Below are positions 63,101 through 64,000 of a stretch of 64,000 nucleotides of DNA, in pieces. Source of the stretch: Selaginella moellendorffii (taxonomy: Eukaryota; Plantae; Lycopodiophyta); assembly GCF_000143415.4 (NCBI RefSeq), contig NW_003314325.1, forward strand, positions 1,024,086 to 1,088,085. The letters are read 5' to 3'. Within the stretch, counting starts at the first letter, position 1, and each line of letters starts with the position of its first letter. Made by a program: the position numbers and the translations under genes. The notes beneath the pieces were generated by a model. That model was not told where the DNA came from and did no database searches. It saw only the letters and a program-made list of their open reading frames with translations.

Positions 63101-64000
63101 GGTGTTAGATAAAGAGGTTACCCCTAACTCATTTAAGTTAGTGCATTTCTCACATAGTGTGAACACTATAAACTTTTTCTGGAATTGTTTCCTTAGCGGT
63201 GGTCTAGACTAGAGTATGCATCGACGAGGACGTCAATCTTCCCTAAGGGGGGGAGAGTGTCGTGAATGTGACTTTGGGTATCGAAACTTACCTATTGGCT
63301 AGTCCTTTCAAATATTCTTTCCTTACTGCCACGACGGCAGAAAGTCGGTATTACTGGACCCGTTATTAGTCTCCGCCTGAGCTAGTTGAGAAATTGGTCT
63401 TCACGTGTGCGCTTGACCAAATGAGCATAAAGACTGAATTTCTAAGTGCTATTAGTCAAGCATACTTGACTTGGTTAGAGAAACTCATTCGTTGACTTGC
63501 ACTTGCTAGTGTTGGGAACCCCCGTGATATTGAGCTTGGTTCCTCAATATTCACTAAATGATAACTTACTGTGTCTGCCAAACACCCTTCCTATCATGCA
63601 CCTTGTATTAGTACAATTCGGTCCCAATTGTTATTTATGGAAAGTGTCTAGATTTGCTCATTTGGTATATCTACGGAATGTAGAGATTGTCCTGAACACA
63701 ATAGTGTTCGTATCGTGTCCAAATTCGCAATCTAAAAACATTCCATATTTAGTAAGTTTCGAATTAGTCCCAAAGACTAACTCCTGGTACTAAGGGAGGC
63801 TTGGGGTGAAAGCTCGGGGGGGGGGGGGGGGGGGGGGGGGTTTTTTGGGGGTTTTAAAATTTTAATAAGGGAAATGGGGGATTTAGGATTGGTTAACCAC
63901 CTTGGGGAAAAACCAACCCCCCCCTTCAGGGTTGTCCCTTTTTTTTGGCCCGGCTGGGGCCAAACCCAAAGTTCCTTTCCTTGTAACCGGGGGGAAACCC
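57176..64000 (+). mobile_element. Non-autonomous gypsy-type LTR element (LARD-like); the 3' LTR runs off the window
   Basis: 5' LTR TGT..ACA 57176-58312; PBS TGGTATCAAAG at 58315; PPT A2G7AGAG at 63245-63257; 3' LTR from 63258; no gag/pol recognisable. Confidence 0.88.

Noticed and set aside
63810-64000. Apparent hyper-divergence of the 3' LTR after the poly-G run
   Set aside because: Homopolymer-stutter pattern relative to 57780-57935; most likely low-quality read-end sequence.

Overview
Eukaryotic plant DNA; 45-70 nt introns and an intronless PLS-type PPR gene suggest a lycophyte such as Selaginella (inference). Bases 1-43.4 kb are nested transposons. Two head-to-tail copies of a ~11.7 kb Mutator-like element (copy A 1-7132, partial; copy B ~7975-42840) carry a GCM/MULE/SWIM transposase and a divergently transcribed spliced gene. 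In copy B this gene encodes NLS + Pro-rich + ParB/Srx-like domain + beta-class N6A/N4C DNA methyltransferase-like domain; only its 5' ParB part is in the window for copy A. Copy B has a small CPIC zinc-finger ORF at each end. Copy B is interrupted by a non-autonomous Ty3/gypsy element (17861-41070). Nested inside that are (i) a six-LTR chromovirus/TRIM chimera (23025-29954, TSD GGTTG) whose integrase contains two spliceosomal-type introns and (ii) a Sola-like DDE transposon (~30183-38691) that also carries a divergent ParB-like gene plus >=12 dispersed copies of a 22-bp palindrome. Host genes follow: a PLS-E PPR gene (45030-47351) and a 20-exon AGO1-clade Argonaute (49556-53648). The window ends in a non-autonomous LTR element (57176->64000) with a decayed antisense ORF. 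The best candidate for an undescribed system is DNA transposons of two superfamilies each carrying a ParB-domain gene (one fused to an amino-methyltransferase) with its own palindromic sites. All domain calls are from motif recognition by eye; no database search was run.
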